64,000 nt of DNA from a bacterium. GTDB lineage: Bacteria > Bacillota > Clostridia > Christensenellales > CAG-138. Below, piece by piece: positions 27,164 to 35,845 of the stretch (its first letter is position 1; the number at the start of each line of letters is the position of its first letter). Both the position numbers and the translations under genes were made by a program. Below the pieces are notes generated by a model. That model was given only the letters and a program-made list of their open reading frames with translations, had not been told where the DNA came from and did no database searches. The DNA lies in NCBI GenBank assembly GCA_963643205.1, contig CAVIJJ010000004.1, forward strand, positions 52 through 64,051, written 5' to 3'.

Positions 27164-28912
27164 TTATCCTTTCAAAAGCGCTGAAAGCTTGTCGTCAATA
27201 TCGGCCATCAAGGAGGCGAGCCGGGCATCGGTTTTCTCGTTCGTTTCGGATACCGCGCCTATATAAAGCTTAAGCTTGGGCTCGGTGCCGCTCGGGCGCA
27301 CGCATATCCACGAGCCATCCTTAAGCAGGAAGCGAACTGCGTTCATGCCCGTAACCTCGCACTCGGCCTTAGCCTTTTCAGTATAGTTATACGCTTCTCC
27401 GGAGCGCATATCCTCAAATATTTCAACGTCCGTTCCAGCAAAGTCGAGCGGGGGATTTTTCCTTATGGCAGCCATGGCGTGAGCTATTCGCTCAATGCCC
27501 TCTTTGCCGGAAAGAGTATAGCTCTTCACGGCCTCGTTATGGCAGCCGCAAACGGATTCTATTTCGCTCAAAGCATCGCTTAGGGTTTTGCCCATGGATG
27601 CGTAATATACGCATGCCTCCGCGGCAAGCATGGCCGCGCAAACGGCATCCTTATCGCGCGCGAAGCCGCCGGCAAGGAAGCCGTAGCTTTCCTCAAAGCC
27701 GAATATGAACGTGCCGAAGTTCGGCTCGGTATGGCTTTTTTCTATAAGCTCGGATATAAAGCGGAAGCCCGTGGGTGTGGCCATAAGCTTAACGCCGAAG
27801 CTCGCGCATACGGCATCGGCAAGGCGCGTGCTTACAATGCTCTTCACGGCAAAACCGTCCGCGGGGAGCGTGCCGCGCTCCTTCATGGCGCTGAGAATAT
27901 AATAAAGAAGCAAACTGCCTATTTTGTTGCCCGTAAGCACGCGGAATTTTCCGCTCTTTTCGCGCACGGCAAGGCCCATTCTGTCCGAATCCGGGTCGGT
28001 GGCTATTATGGCATCCGCCTGTACCTTATCCGCAAGGCTCATCGCGAGAGTAAACGCCTTGGGATCCTCCGGGTTGGGCGCGGTTACCGTGGGGAAGTTT
28101 CCGTCCGGCTCGCGCTGCTCCTCAACCACGCTCACGTTCTCTATTCCCGCAAGCTTAAGTATGTTCCGCACGGGCTTGTTTCCGCTGCCGTGAAGCGGGG
28201 TATACACAAGCCTCAGCTCATGCCCGCGCTCCTTAACAAGCTCAGGCCGCTGCATAACGGAAAGCGTATCGCGATAGTAATCCTCGTCATCCTTTTCGCC
28301 AAGCCATGTAAGAAGACCCGACGACTCGGCTTCAGCTAAGCTCATCTCGGGACCCGCGAAATAATCGCGCTTTTGTATAAATTCGTATATAGCCTGCGCC
28401 TGGGCAGGGCCGGCCTGACCGCCGTCCTGCCAATATACCTTATAGCCGTTGTACTCGGGGGGGTTATGGCTTGCGGTTATAACAATGCCGGCTATGCATT
28501 TAAGCCTGCGCACCATGTATGAAAGCATGGGTACGGGGCGCAGGGAATCGTAAAGATAGGCGTGTATGCCCATAGCGCAGAGCGTAAGCGCGGCCTCAGC
28601 GGCAAATTCACGGCTCATGCGGCGGGAGTCGTACGCTATCGCTACGCCCCTTTCGGCGCCGCCGTCAAATGTAAGTATATAGTCGCTTAGTCCAAGGGTT
28701 GCCCGCTTTATAACGCGCGCGTTCATGCGGTTTGTGCCCGCGCCAAGTATTCCCCTAAGGCCCGCCGTGCCGAATTCAAGCTCGGTATAGAAACGCTCCT
28801 CTATTTCGCCCGGGTTCTGCGCTATTGCCTCAAGCTCCGCCTTAAGCTGCGGCTCAAGCCCCTTGGCGTTAAGCCAGCGGGCGTATTCATCGCGGCAATT
28901 AATGCTGCTCAT
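27164..28912 (-). CDS. Phosphoglucomutase/phosphomannomutase family protein (intact copy)
   Basis: 582 aa with the catalytic loop TASHNPPEYNGYK, metal loop ATDPDSDR and sugar loop GFEESYG. GGAGG lies 9 nt upstream of the ATG. The start overlaps the radC-fragment stop by 14 nt. Confidence 0.9.
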   Translation of the reverse strand: MSSINCRDEYARWLNAKGLEPQLKAELEAIAQNPGEIEERFYTELEFGTAGLRGILGAGTNRMNARVIKRATLGLSDYILTFDGGAERGVAIAYDSRRMSREFAAEAALTLCAMGIHAYLYDSLRPVPMLSYMVRRLKCIAGIVITASHNPPEYNGYKVYWQDGGQAGPAQAQAIYEFIQKRDYFAGPEMSLAEAESSGLLTWLGEKDDEDYYRDTLSVMQRPELVKERGHELRLVYTPLHGSGNKPVRNILKLAGIENVSVVEEQREPDGNFPTVTAPNPEDPKAFTLAMSLADKVQADAIIATDPDSDRMGLAVREKSGKFRVLTGNKIGSLLLYYILSAMKERGTLPADGFAVKSIVSTRLADAVCASFGVKLMATPTGFRFISELIEKSHTEPNFGTFIFGFEESYGFLAGGFARDKDAVCAAMLAAEACVYYASMGKTLSDALSEIESVCGCHNEAVKSYTLSGKEGIERIAHAMAAIRKNPPLDFAGTDVEIFEDMRSGEAYNYTEKAKAECEVTGMNAVRFLLKDGSWICVRPSGTEPKLKLYIGAVSETNEKTDARLASLMADIDDKLSALLKG

Positions 28913-29401
28913 TTGAATTTTCCTCCGTTTCTTCGCAATTCCGTTGTTCGTTAAGGGGAACGGATACCCCGCGCGCCATGCTGTAGGCGCTTGATTCGCC
29001 CACTATAATGTGGTCATAAAGCTGTATTCCTATGCCCGAAAGGGCAGAGAATATGGTTTTGGTCATGGCAATATCCTCACCGGACGGGGAAGAATTGCCG
29101 CTGGGGTGATTATGGCACAGCATAGCGTACGCCGCCGCGTGCCTTAGCGCGCACTCGGCTATTATGCGCGGATATACCGTGCTTTGGTCTATGGTGCCGC
29201 TGGATACCAGGTCCTCGTGAACGGGCTTAAGCCCGCTATCCAGCGAAACAAGGTACATGGCCTCGTATTTATGCGGCTTAAGAAGGCGCGCGCAGTAGTT
29301 GGCGGCCTTTTCGGGATTATCAAGCCGCTGCTTCTTGCGGGGCTTTTCGCTTATGCCCCTCATGGCTCCCGCGAGCGAAATAAGTACCGCCGCGTTTTCA
29401 C
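28214..29401. repeat. Tandem duplication, copy 1 (1,188 bp)
   Basis: Offset of exactly 1,188 nt to copy 2. For example, CAGCTCATGCCCGCGCTCC occurs at 28214 and 29402, and CGTTTTCACC ends at 29402 and 30590. All overlapping ORF translations are identical. Confidence 0.9.
28899..29401 (-). pseudogene. 5'-truncated duplicate of radC (JAB domain half only)
   Basis: ORF 28899-29363 is identical to the C-terminal 154 aa of RadC (30087-30809), including HNHPSG. The homology stops at the duplication junction at 29401/29402. Confidence 0.8.
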
Positions 29402-30100
29402 CAGCTCATGCCCGCGCTCCTTAACAAGCTCAGGCCGCTGCATAACGGAAAGCGTATCGCGATAGTAATCCTCGTCATCCTTTTCGCCAAGCCATGTAAG
29501 AAGACCCGACGACTCGGCTTCAGCTAAGCTCATCTCGGGACCCGCGAAATAATCGCGCTTTTGTATAAATTCGTATATAGCCTGCGCCTGGGCAGGGCCG
29601 GCCTGACCGCCGTCCTGCCAATATACCTTATAGCCGTTGTACTCGGGGGGGTTATGGCTTGCGGTTATAACAATGCCGGCTATGCATTTAAGCCTGCGCA
29701 CCATGTATGAAAGCATGGGTACGGGGCGCAGGGAATCGTAAAGATAGGCGTGTATGCCCATAGCGCAGAGCGTAAGCGCGGCCTCAGCGGCAAATTCACG
29801 GCTCATGCGGCGGGAGTCGTACGCTATCGCTACGCCCCTTTCGGCGCCGCCGTCAAATGTAAGTATATAGTCGCTTAGTCCAAGGGTTGCCCGCTTTATA
29901 ACGCGCGCGTTCATGCGGTTTGTGCCCGCGCCAAGTATTCCCCTAAGGCCCGCCGTGCCGAATTCAAGCTCGGTATAGAAACGCTCCTCTATTTCGCCCG
30001 GGTTCTGCGCTATTGCCTCAAGCTCCGCCTTAAGCTGCGGCTCAAGCCCCTTGGCGTTAAGCCAGCGGGCGTATTCATCGCGGCAATTAATGCTGCTCAT
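29360..30100 (-). pseudogene. 3'-truncated duplicate of the phosphoglucomutase gene (first 233 codons, then 13 out-of-frame codons)
   Basis: The 246-aa ORF matches PGM residues 1-233 exactly (through ...LVKERGHEL). It then reads VKTRRYLFRSREP* across the junction into radC-derived sequence. It keeps the same SD and the TASHNP loop. Confidence 0.8.
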
Positions 30101-30589
30101 TTGAATTTTCCTCCGTTTCTTCGCAATTCCGTTGTTCGTTAAGGGGAACGGATACCCCGCGCGCCATGCTGTAGGCGCTTGATTCGCCCACTATAATGTG
30201 GTCATAAAGCTGTATTCCTATGCCCGAAAGGGCAGAGAATATGGTTTTGGTCATGGCAATATCCTCACCGGACGGGGAAGAATTGCCGCTGGGGTGATTA
30301 TGGCACAGCATAGCGTACGCCGCCGCGTGCCTTAGCGCGCACTCGGCTATTATGCGCGGATATACCGTGCTTTGGTCTATGGTGCCGCTGGATACCAGGT
30401 CCTCGTGAACGGGCTTAAGCCCGCTATCCAGCGAAACAAGGTACATGGCCTCGTATTTATGCGGCTTAAGAAGGCGCGCGCAGTAGTTGGCGGCCTTTTC
30501 GGGATTATCAAGCCGCTGCTTCTTGCGGGGCTTTTCGCTTATGCCCCTCATGGCTCCCGCGAGCGAAATAAGTACCGCCGCGTTTTCAC
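29402..30589. repeat. Tandem duplication, copy 2 (1,188 bp)
   Basis: See copy 1. The junction reads ...CGCGTTTTCAC(C)AGCTCATGCCC..., with only 1 nt of microhomology. Confidence 0.9.
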
Positions 30590-30809
30590 CTATGCCGTCC
30601 ACACTCTTCAGCTCCGCTATATCCGCGCGCAGCACAGCCGCAAGCGAACCGTAGCGCGCCATAAGCTCATGCGCTATCGGGTTAACATCCTGCCTTGGAA
30701 TGGCATAGGTAAGCAAAAGCTCAAGCAGCTGATGCTCCGGCATTGCCTTCGCGCCGCCCGCCATAAAGCTTTCCCTAAGCCTTTGCCTGTGCCCCCGGTG
30801 CCCTTCCAC
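30087..30809 (-). CDS. radC: RadC-family JAB-domain protein (intact copy)
   Basis: 240 aa with N-terminal GHRQRLRESF...LLELLLTYAIPRQD, an HhH region and the JAMM motif HNHPSG. GTG start at 30809, 1 nt after the MFS stop. Confidence 0.85.
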   Translation of the reverse strand: MEGHRGHRQRLRESFMAGGAKAMPEHQLLELLLTYAIPRQDVNPIAHELMARYGSLAAVLRADIAELKSVDGIGENAAVLISLAGAMRGISEKPRKKQRLDNPEKAANYCARLLKPHKYEAMYLVSLDSGLKPVHEDLVSSGTIDQSTVYPRIIAECALRHAAAYAMLCHNHPSGNSSPSGEDIAMTKTIFSALSGIGIQLYDHIIVGESSAYSMARGVSVPLNEQRNCEETEENSNEQH

Positions 30810-30810
30810 C

Positions 30811-32115
30811 TCAGTTTTCCTCTGCCTTTACGTACTTGCGGCCTATGAACAGGGCTATTATGCCGCCCAAGAACAGCAGTATCAGGCTGAGTATGCCAAG
30901 CGATGCCCTGCCGGTTGAGGAATAGGTAAGCGCGTAAAGCGCCGGGCCTATAACGCAGGAGAATTTGCCGAATATATCAAGGAAGCCGTAGTATTCATTA
31001 GAACGCTCGGGCGGAATAAGCTGGCCGAAGTAGCTGCGGGAGAGCGCCTGTATGCCGCCCTGCACCGTGCCGACAAGCGTTGCGAGTACCCAGAAAAGGA
31101 TGCTGCTTAATTTAAGCGCGGCCTCGGTATCGCCGCCGGTAAGTTCCGCCTGCTCAATATTAAAGCCCATGAAGAAGCCGATTATGGTTATAACAAAGTA
31201 TATGCACACGGCTATGGTTATCATCTTCATCGCGCCAACCTTTTTGGCAAGCTTGCCGAAAAGTATGCTGAAGGGAACGGCCACTATCTGCGTAACAAGA
31301 AGGGCCAGTATCATGCCTATTGTGCCGAGGCCCAGCGTTTCGCCGTAGTTCGTGGCCATGGATATTATCGTATCCACGCCGTCTATATAGAAGAAGTAAG
31401 CGATTATGAAGAACAGTATCTTTTTATCCTTAAGAATATCCTTAAATGTTTTCCAAGCGTTGCGGAAGGCCTCTTTTGCCAGGGCCTTTGGAGCGTCCTC
31501 CACGCTGTATTTCTGATTTACGTTCTTGATGAAGGGAATGCTGAAAAGTCCCCACCAGAAAACAACTATCAGAATGGCTATCTTATAGGAAAGCACGCTT
31601 TGATTCATAAGAAGCATTACGGCAATGGATATAACGAAGGGAATGGTGCTGCCGCCAATGTAGCCCATGGCGTATCCCCAGGAGGAAACGCGGTCCATGC
31701 GATCGGGCGTTGTAACGTCGGTTAGGAAGGAATCGTAGAATAAGCAGCTGCCGGAGAAGCCTATGCGGGATATGATATAGCCTATAAGCATAAGCTGCCA
31801 GTTTTCAAAAACGGCCATAACCGCCGTGAAAACAAGGCCGAGCACAAGGAAAGCCGAGAACAGCTTTTTCTTCATGCCGGAAAAATCGCCGATGGCGCCG
31901 AGTATAGGCGCAAGCACGGCAACCACCAGCGCCGCCGCGCTTACGGCAAAACCGTAAAGCTTGTTGCCGGTTTCGTCCGCCTGCATGGCGAAATAGATGG
32001 GGAAGATAGCGGCCATTATGTTCGTTGCGTAAACGGAGTTCGCCCAGTCGTACATTATCCACGACTTTTCGGCTTTGGTGAAGCGCTTATCGCTGCGCTC
32101 TGCCACAGATTGCAT
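30811..32115 (-). CDS. MFS transporter (UMF1/Atg22-like family)
   Basis: 434 aa. N-terminus KSWIMYDWANSVYATNIMAAIFPIYF is typical of this family. 12 TM helices. AGGAGGG ribosome-binding site. Confidence 0.8.
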   Translation of the reverse strand: MQSVAERSDKRFTKAEKSWIMYDWANSVYATNIMAAIFPIYFAMQADETGNKLYGFAVSAAALVVAVLAPILGAIGDFSGMKKKLFSAFLVLGLVFTAVMAVFENWQLMLIGYIISRIGFSGSCLFYDSFLTDVTTPDRMDRVSSWGYAMGYIGGSTIPFVISIAVMLLMNQSVLSYKIAILIVVFWWGLFSIPFIKNVNQKYSVEDAPKALAKEAFRNAWKTFKDILKDKKILFFIIAYFFYIDGVDTIISMATNYGETLGLGTIGMILALLVTQIVAVPFSILFGKLAKKVGAMKMITIAVCIYFVITIIGFFMGFNIEQAELTGGDTEAALKLSSILFWVLATLVGTVQGGIQALSRSYFGQLIPPERSNEYYGFLDIFGKFSCVIGPALYALTYSSTGRASLGILSLILLFLGGIIALFIGRKYVKAEEN

Positions 32116-32283
32116 AAATACCCTCCTAGTGCGTGAAGAAATGATTACACACTTAATTATAATCCAAACGCCTCTTATAGTACAGATAATTTATTGATCC
32201 GCGCCGCGAGAATGCCTTTGTGAGAACATACGCAATACTAACAGAAATTTAACAAAAAAGGCGGGATATAACGTACATTTGGC

Positions 32284-32312
32284 TTGACATTGTTGTACCT
32301 TGGATTTATGAT
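32284..32312 (+). promoter_or_regulatory. Sigma-A-like promoter of gdhA (TTGACA-17-TATGAT)
   Basis: TTGACA at 32284-32289, a 17-nt spacer, TATGAT at 32307-32312. Confidence 0.6.
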
Positions 32313-32319
32313 TAGTTAG

Positions 32320-32352
32320 GTGCGGATTGGTGAAGGTATGCCTTATCCGCAC
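32320..32352 (+). promoter_or_regulatory. 5'-proximal leader hairpin of gdhA mRNA
   Basis: 8-bp stem GTGCGGAT / ATCCGCAC with a 17-nt loop, starting about at the predicted transcription start site (TSS). No U-tract follows, so it is more likely a stabilising 5' stem-loop than an attenuator. Confidence 0.35.
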
Positions 32353-32389
32353 GACCAAAAAAGCATAATTTATATTTGGAGGTACTACA

Positions 32390-33736
32390 ATGAACGCGTA
32401 CATTCAGGAAGTCCTGGAGAAGGTTCAAAAGCGCGACAAGAACGAGCCTGAGTTTCTTCAGACCGTAGAAGAGGTTCTCAAGTCCCTTGAGACCGTTATC
32501 GATCAGCATCCGGAATATCAGAAGGCCGGTCTGCTTGAGCGCCTTGTCGAGCCCGAGCGTGTAATAGAGTTCCGCGTACCCTGGGTGGATGATGCCGGTA
32601 AGGTGAACATCAACCGTGGCTTCCGCGTGCAGTTCAACAGCGCCATCGGCCCCTACAAGGGAGGCCTGCGCTTTGCTTCTCACGTAACCCTGTCCGTTAT
32701 GAAATTCCTTGGTTTCGAGCAGACCTTTAAGAACAGCCTGACCAGCCTGCCCATGGGCGGCGGCAAGGGCGGCAGCGACTTTGATCCCAACGGCAAGAGC
32801 GACGCCGAGATCATGCGTTTCTGCCAGAGCTTCATGACTGAGCTCCAGCGCCACATCGGTCCCAACGTGGACGTTCCCGCCGGTGATATCGGCGTAGGCG
32901 GCCGCGAGATCGGCTATCTGTTCGGCCAGTATAAGCGCATCCGCGGTGCTTATGAGAACGGCGTGCTTACCGGCAAGGCTCCTTCCTTCGGCGGCAGCCC
33001 CTTCCGTCCCGAAGCTACCGGTTACGGTGCGGTTTATTATCTCTGCGAAGTTCTCAAGCATGAGAACGACAAGATCGAGGGCAAGACCATTGCTATCTCC
33101 GGCTTCGGCAACGTTGCTTGGGGCGTTTGCAAGAAGGCTGCTCAGCTGGGCGCTAAGGTTGTTACCCTGGCCGGCCCCGATGGTTACATCTACGATCCCG
33201 ATGGCATAGCCACCGAAGAGAAGATCAACTACATGCTCGAGATGCGCAACAGCGGCCGCAACAAGGTTCAGGACTATGCCGACAAGTTTGGCGTACAGTT
33301 CTTCCCCGGCCAGAAGCCCTGGGGCCAGAAGGTTGACGTTTGCATGCCTTGCGCCTACCAGAACGAGATCGGCATGAAGGAAGCCGAGCAGATGGTCGCC
33401 AACGGCCTGAAGTACTACATCGAAGTTGCCAACATGCCCACCACCAACGAAGCTCTGTACTTCCTGATGGACAAGGGTCTGGTTGTTGCTCCTTCCAAGG
33501 CTGTTAACGCCGGTGGCGTTGCTGTTTCCGGTCTCGAGATGAGCCAGAACTCCGAGCGCCTGACCTGGAAGCCCGAAGAGGTTGATGAGAAGCTGCATCA
33601 CATCATGATCAACATCCATGCTGCCTCCGTCCAGGCTGCTGAGGAAGCCGGTCTTGGTTACAACCTGGTTGCCGGTGCCAACATCGCCGGTTTCAAGAAG
33701 GTTGCCGACGCCATGATGGCTCAGGGTATCGTCTGA
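32390..33736 (+). CDS. gdhA: NADP-specific glutamate dehydrogenase
   Basis: 448 aa with the GDH signature LPMGGGKGGSDFDP, plus RVPWVDDAGKVNINRGFRVQFNSAIGPYKGGLRF and GFGNVAWG. Strong GGAGG ribosome-binding site. Codon usage typical of very highly expressed genes. Confidence 0.95.
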   Translation: MNAYIQEVLEKVQKRDKNEPEFLQTVEEVLKSLETVIDQHPEYQKAGLLERLVEPERVIEFRVPWVDDAGKVNINRGFRVQFNSAIGPYKGGLRFASHVTLSVMKFLGFEQTFKNSLTSLPMGGGKGGSDFDPNGKSDAEIMRFCQSFMTELQRHIGPNVDVPAGDIGVGGREIGYLFGQYKRIRGAYENGVLTGKAPSFGGSPFRPEATGYGAVYYLCEVLKHENDKIEGKTIAISGFGNVAWGVCKKAAQLGAKVVTLAGPDGYIYDPDGIATEEKINYMLEMRNSGRNKVQDYADKFGVQFFPGQKPWGQKVDVCMPCAYQNEIGMKEAEQMVANGLKYYIEVANMPTTNEALYFLMDKGLVVAPSKAVNAGGVAVSGLEMSQNSERLTWKPEEVDEKLHHIMINIHAASVQAAEEAGLGYNLVAGANIAGFKKVADAMMAQGIV

Positions 33737-33766
33737 TAACCACCAAATATAACCAAATAAAAAAAC

Positions 33767-33798
33767 AGGGAGCTGCCCTCCGGGGCGGCTCTCTTTTT
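33767..33798 (+). terminator. Intrinsic terminator of gdhA
   Basis: 12-bp stem AGGGAGCTGCCC / GGGCGGCTCTCT (two G-U pairs) followed by TTTTT. Confidence 0.8.
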
Positions 33799-33863
33799 AG
33801 GTTCACAAGATATCAAGCCAGGCTTGTTTTGGCTGTTGAATCACCATATTGATTATATGCATA

Positions 33864-33897
33864 ATAAAAAACCGGGTTGTCGATTGACGGCCCGGTT
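33864..33897 (-). terminator. Intrinsic terminator downstream of the ABC transporter operon
   Basis: Stem AACCGGG / CCCGGTT with inner GTC/GAC pairing. On the minus strand it is followed by TTTTTTAT. Confidence 0.65.
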
Positions 33898-33913
33898 TTG
33901 TGTAGCTTGGGTT

Positions 33914-35059
33914 TTACGCAAGCTTGCCGAGGGAATTGGCGACAAGCTCGTTGTACTGCTCTTCGGTGAGCTCGCAATGGTAGAACAGCTCAAAGTACTC
34001 AACGGCCTTTTCATACATATCGTAATCTGCAACATCGCCGTAGAAGAGCTTGGTCATCCAAAGCATACCAAGGTAACGCTGAGCGGAAGGCGGGAAGCCC
34101 AGCCAGTTGTAAGGACCGAAGGGAACCTCGTAATAGTTGCCCTCCTGAATGGCGCGAACATCTTTCCACATTTCGTCTTCGGCCACGGTTGCGTAAACAC
34201 TGCCGGAGGCAAAGAGTATAACGTCCGGATCCCAGGCAAGTATCTGCTCCATGTCAACTTCATTGCCGCTGCCCTTTGAGGAAGGTTCTTCAACAACCGC
34301 CAGGTTGTCGCACAGCATGTCTATAACCTCACCGTGGTAGCTGCCGTTTGCTATAACGTTAAGGCCTTCGTCACCAAGGCAGTAAAGAACCTTTACCTTC
34401 TCAACGTTTTCAACTATGCCGGAAATGAGGGAGTAGGTATCCTCGCAATAGGTGGCCAGAACCTCGGCCTCTTCTTCCATGCCGAGCAGGTCACCAAGCT
34501 GCCTGTAAGCATCGCCCAGTGTGGCGAGAGTGGCGGTTATATGAACAAAGGGGATGCCGGTCTGCTCGGAAAGAGCATCAAGGTCTTCCTTAACGGTGGA
34601 CTTAGGCTCACCAACGTCTATAACTATCTCCGCGCCGCTCGCGAGCAGGGTCTCAAGATTCAGCTCACCCTTGCCGCCGTAAAGCTGGCCAAGTTCGGGC
34701 AGGTTGTAATACTCGGTGGGGATATACTGGGCGGCTTCCTCGGTCCATGCGTTAGCTACGCCAACAAGCTTTTCGGGGCAAAGCGCGAATATGGCTATCT
34801 GCGTAAGGGGGCCGGAAATGGCAACCTTGGTTATGTTTGTGGGTACGGTAACGGTTCTGCCCGCGGAATCGGTAAATTCACGGGTTTCGCCCTCGGTACT
34901 CTCTATGGGAGCGGCCGTCTCCTCGGGAGCGGTGGTTTCAGCGGGTGCTTCGGTAGCTGCCGCCTCGGTGGGCTCGGGGCTTTCGGTAACCGTTGCCTGG
35001 CATGCCATAAGGCTCATCATCATGATAAGAGCCAGAAGCAATGCTGCAAATTTCTTCAT
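33914..35059 (-). CDS. ABC transporter substrate-binding lipoprotein (iron-siderophore/cobalamin-type, class III SBP)
   Basis: 381 aa with lipobox MMMSLMAC and a Thr/Glu/Ala/Pro-rich linker, then a periplasmic-binding-protein-2-like body. Last gene of the permease-ATPase-SBP operon. Confidence 0.75.
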   Translation of the reverse strand: MKKFAALLLALIMMMSLMACQATVTESPEPTEAAATEAPAETTAPEETAAPIESTEGETREFTDSAGRTVTVPTNITKVAISGPLTQIAIFALCPEKLVGVANAWTEEAAQYIPTEYYNLPELGQLYGGKGELNLETLLASGAEIVIDVGEPKSTVKEDLDALSEQTGIPFVHITATLATLGDAYRQLGDLLGMEEEAEVLATYCEDTYSLISGIVENVEKVKVLYCLGDEGLNVIANGSYHGEVIDMLCDNLAVVEEPSSKGSGNEVDMEQILAWDPDVILFASGSVYATVAEDEMWKDVRAIQEGNYYEVPFGPYNWLGFPPSAQRYLGMLWMTKLFYGDVADYDMYEKAVEYFELFYHCELTEEQYNELVANSLGKLA

Positions 35060-35077
35060 TGTGGTTTCCTCCGATTT

Positions 35078-35845
35078 TTATTTGTTTATATGCGGAAATA
35101 TCGCCGCGCCGCAGGGTGTGGAAACCATGTCGGCCTTCATGCCGTACAGCGAGGTAATAAGACCTTCTGTTATAACGTTGCCGCTTTCGCCCTGGGCTAT
35201 AACCCTGCCGTCAAGCAGGGCAACCGACCTGTCGGCGTACCAAAGGGCATGCTGCGGATTGTGGGTTGATAAAAGCACGGCGTAGCCTTCTTCCGCGAGC
35301 GAACAGCAAAGCTCCATAACCCGCGCCTGATTGCCAAAGTCCAGATTGGCCGTGGGTTCATCCATTATAAGCGCCCGAGCGGACTGGCATATCGCGCGCG
35401 CTATGAGCACCATTTGTTTTTCACCGCCGGAAAGACGGGTGAATATTCGGCTGGACAGATGCTCAACCCCGGCGCGTTTCAGCGCGGCATGCGCCGCGTC
35501 AAGCTGCTCCCGCTTGGGATTTGCGGCGAAGGACAGGGCACCGGTGGATCCCATAAGCACCATTTCCTCAACCGTGTAGCCGAAAACATCCGTGTGACTT
35601 TGGGGAATATACGCCGCGTATTTGGCCAGCTCTTTTGCGCAAAGGGTTTTGGCCTCGCGCGAAAAAAGCGTTACGCTGCCGCCGTAGGCCGTGTTCAGCC
35701 CCAGTATGCAGCTGAAAAGCGTTGTTTTGCCGGCGCCGTTGGGCCCTAAAAGGGCGGTAACATGCCCGGCCTCGGCCTTAAAGGTTACGCCTTTCAGCAC
35801 CTCGTGCTCACCGTATGAAAATCTTAAATCCCGTGCCTCTATCAT
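35078..35845 (-). CDS. ABC transporter ATP-binding protein (FecE/FepC-like)
   Basis: Walker A GPNGAGKTT, signature LSGGEKQ, Walker B LIMDEPT. ATG at 35845 forms an ATGA overlap with the permease stop and is preceded by GGAGGAAAGG. Confidence 0.9.
   Translation of the reverse strand: MIEARDLRFSYGEHEVLKGVTFKAEAGHVTALLGPNGAGKTTLFSCILGLNTAYGGSVTLFSREAKTLCAKELAKYAAYIPQSHTDVFGYTVEEMVLMGSTGALSFAANPKREQLDAAHAALKRAGVEHLSSRIFTRLSGGEKQMVLIARAICQSARALIMDEPTANLDFGNQARVMELCCSLAEEGYAVLLSTHNPQHALWYADRSVALLDGRVIAQGESGNVITEGLITSLYGMKADMVSTPCGAAIFPHINK

Noticed and set aside
28214-30589. Duplicated segment considered as an IS element or transposon
   Set aside because: The unit contains only internal pieces of radC and pgm. 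It has no transposase and no terminal inverted repeats, and the copies are exactly head to tail. This is a tandem segmental duplication.
32312-33619. 435-aa ORF on the minus strand, opposite gdhA
   Set aside because: The product is a low-complexity Ala/Gly/Leu/Val-rich sequence with no ribosome-binding site. It is fully antisense to a gene with unmistakable GDH motifs. The stop-free antisense frame is the expected by-product of gdhA's avoidance of TTA, CTA and TCA codons.
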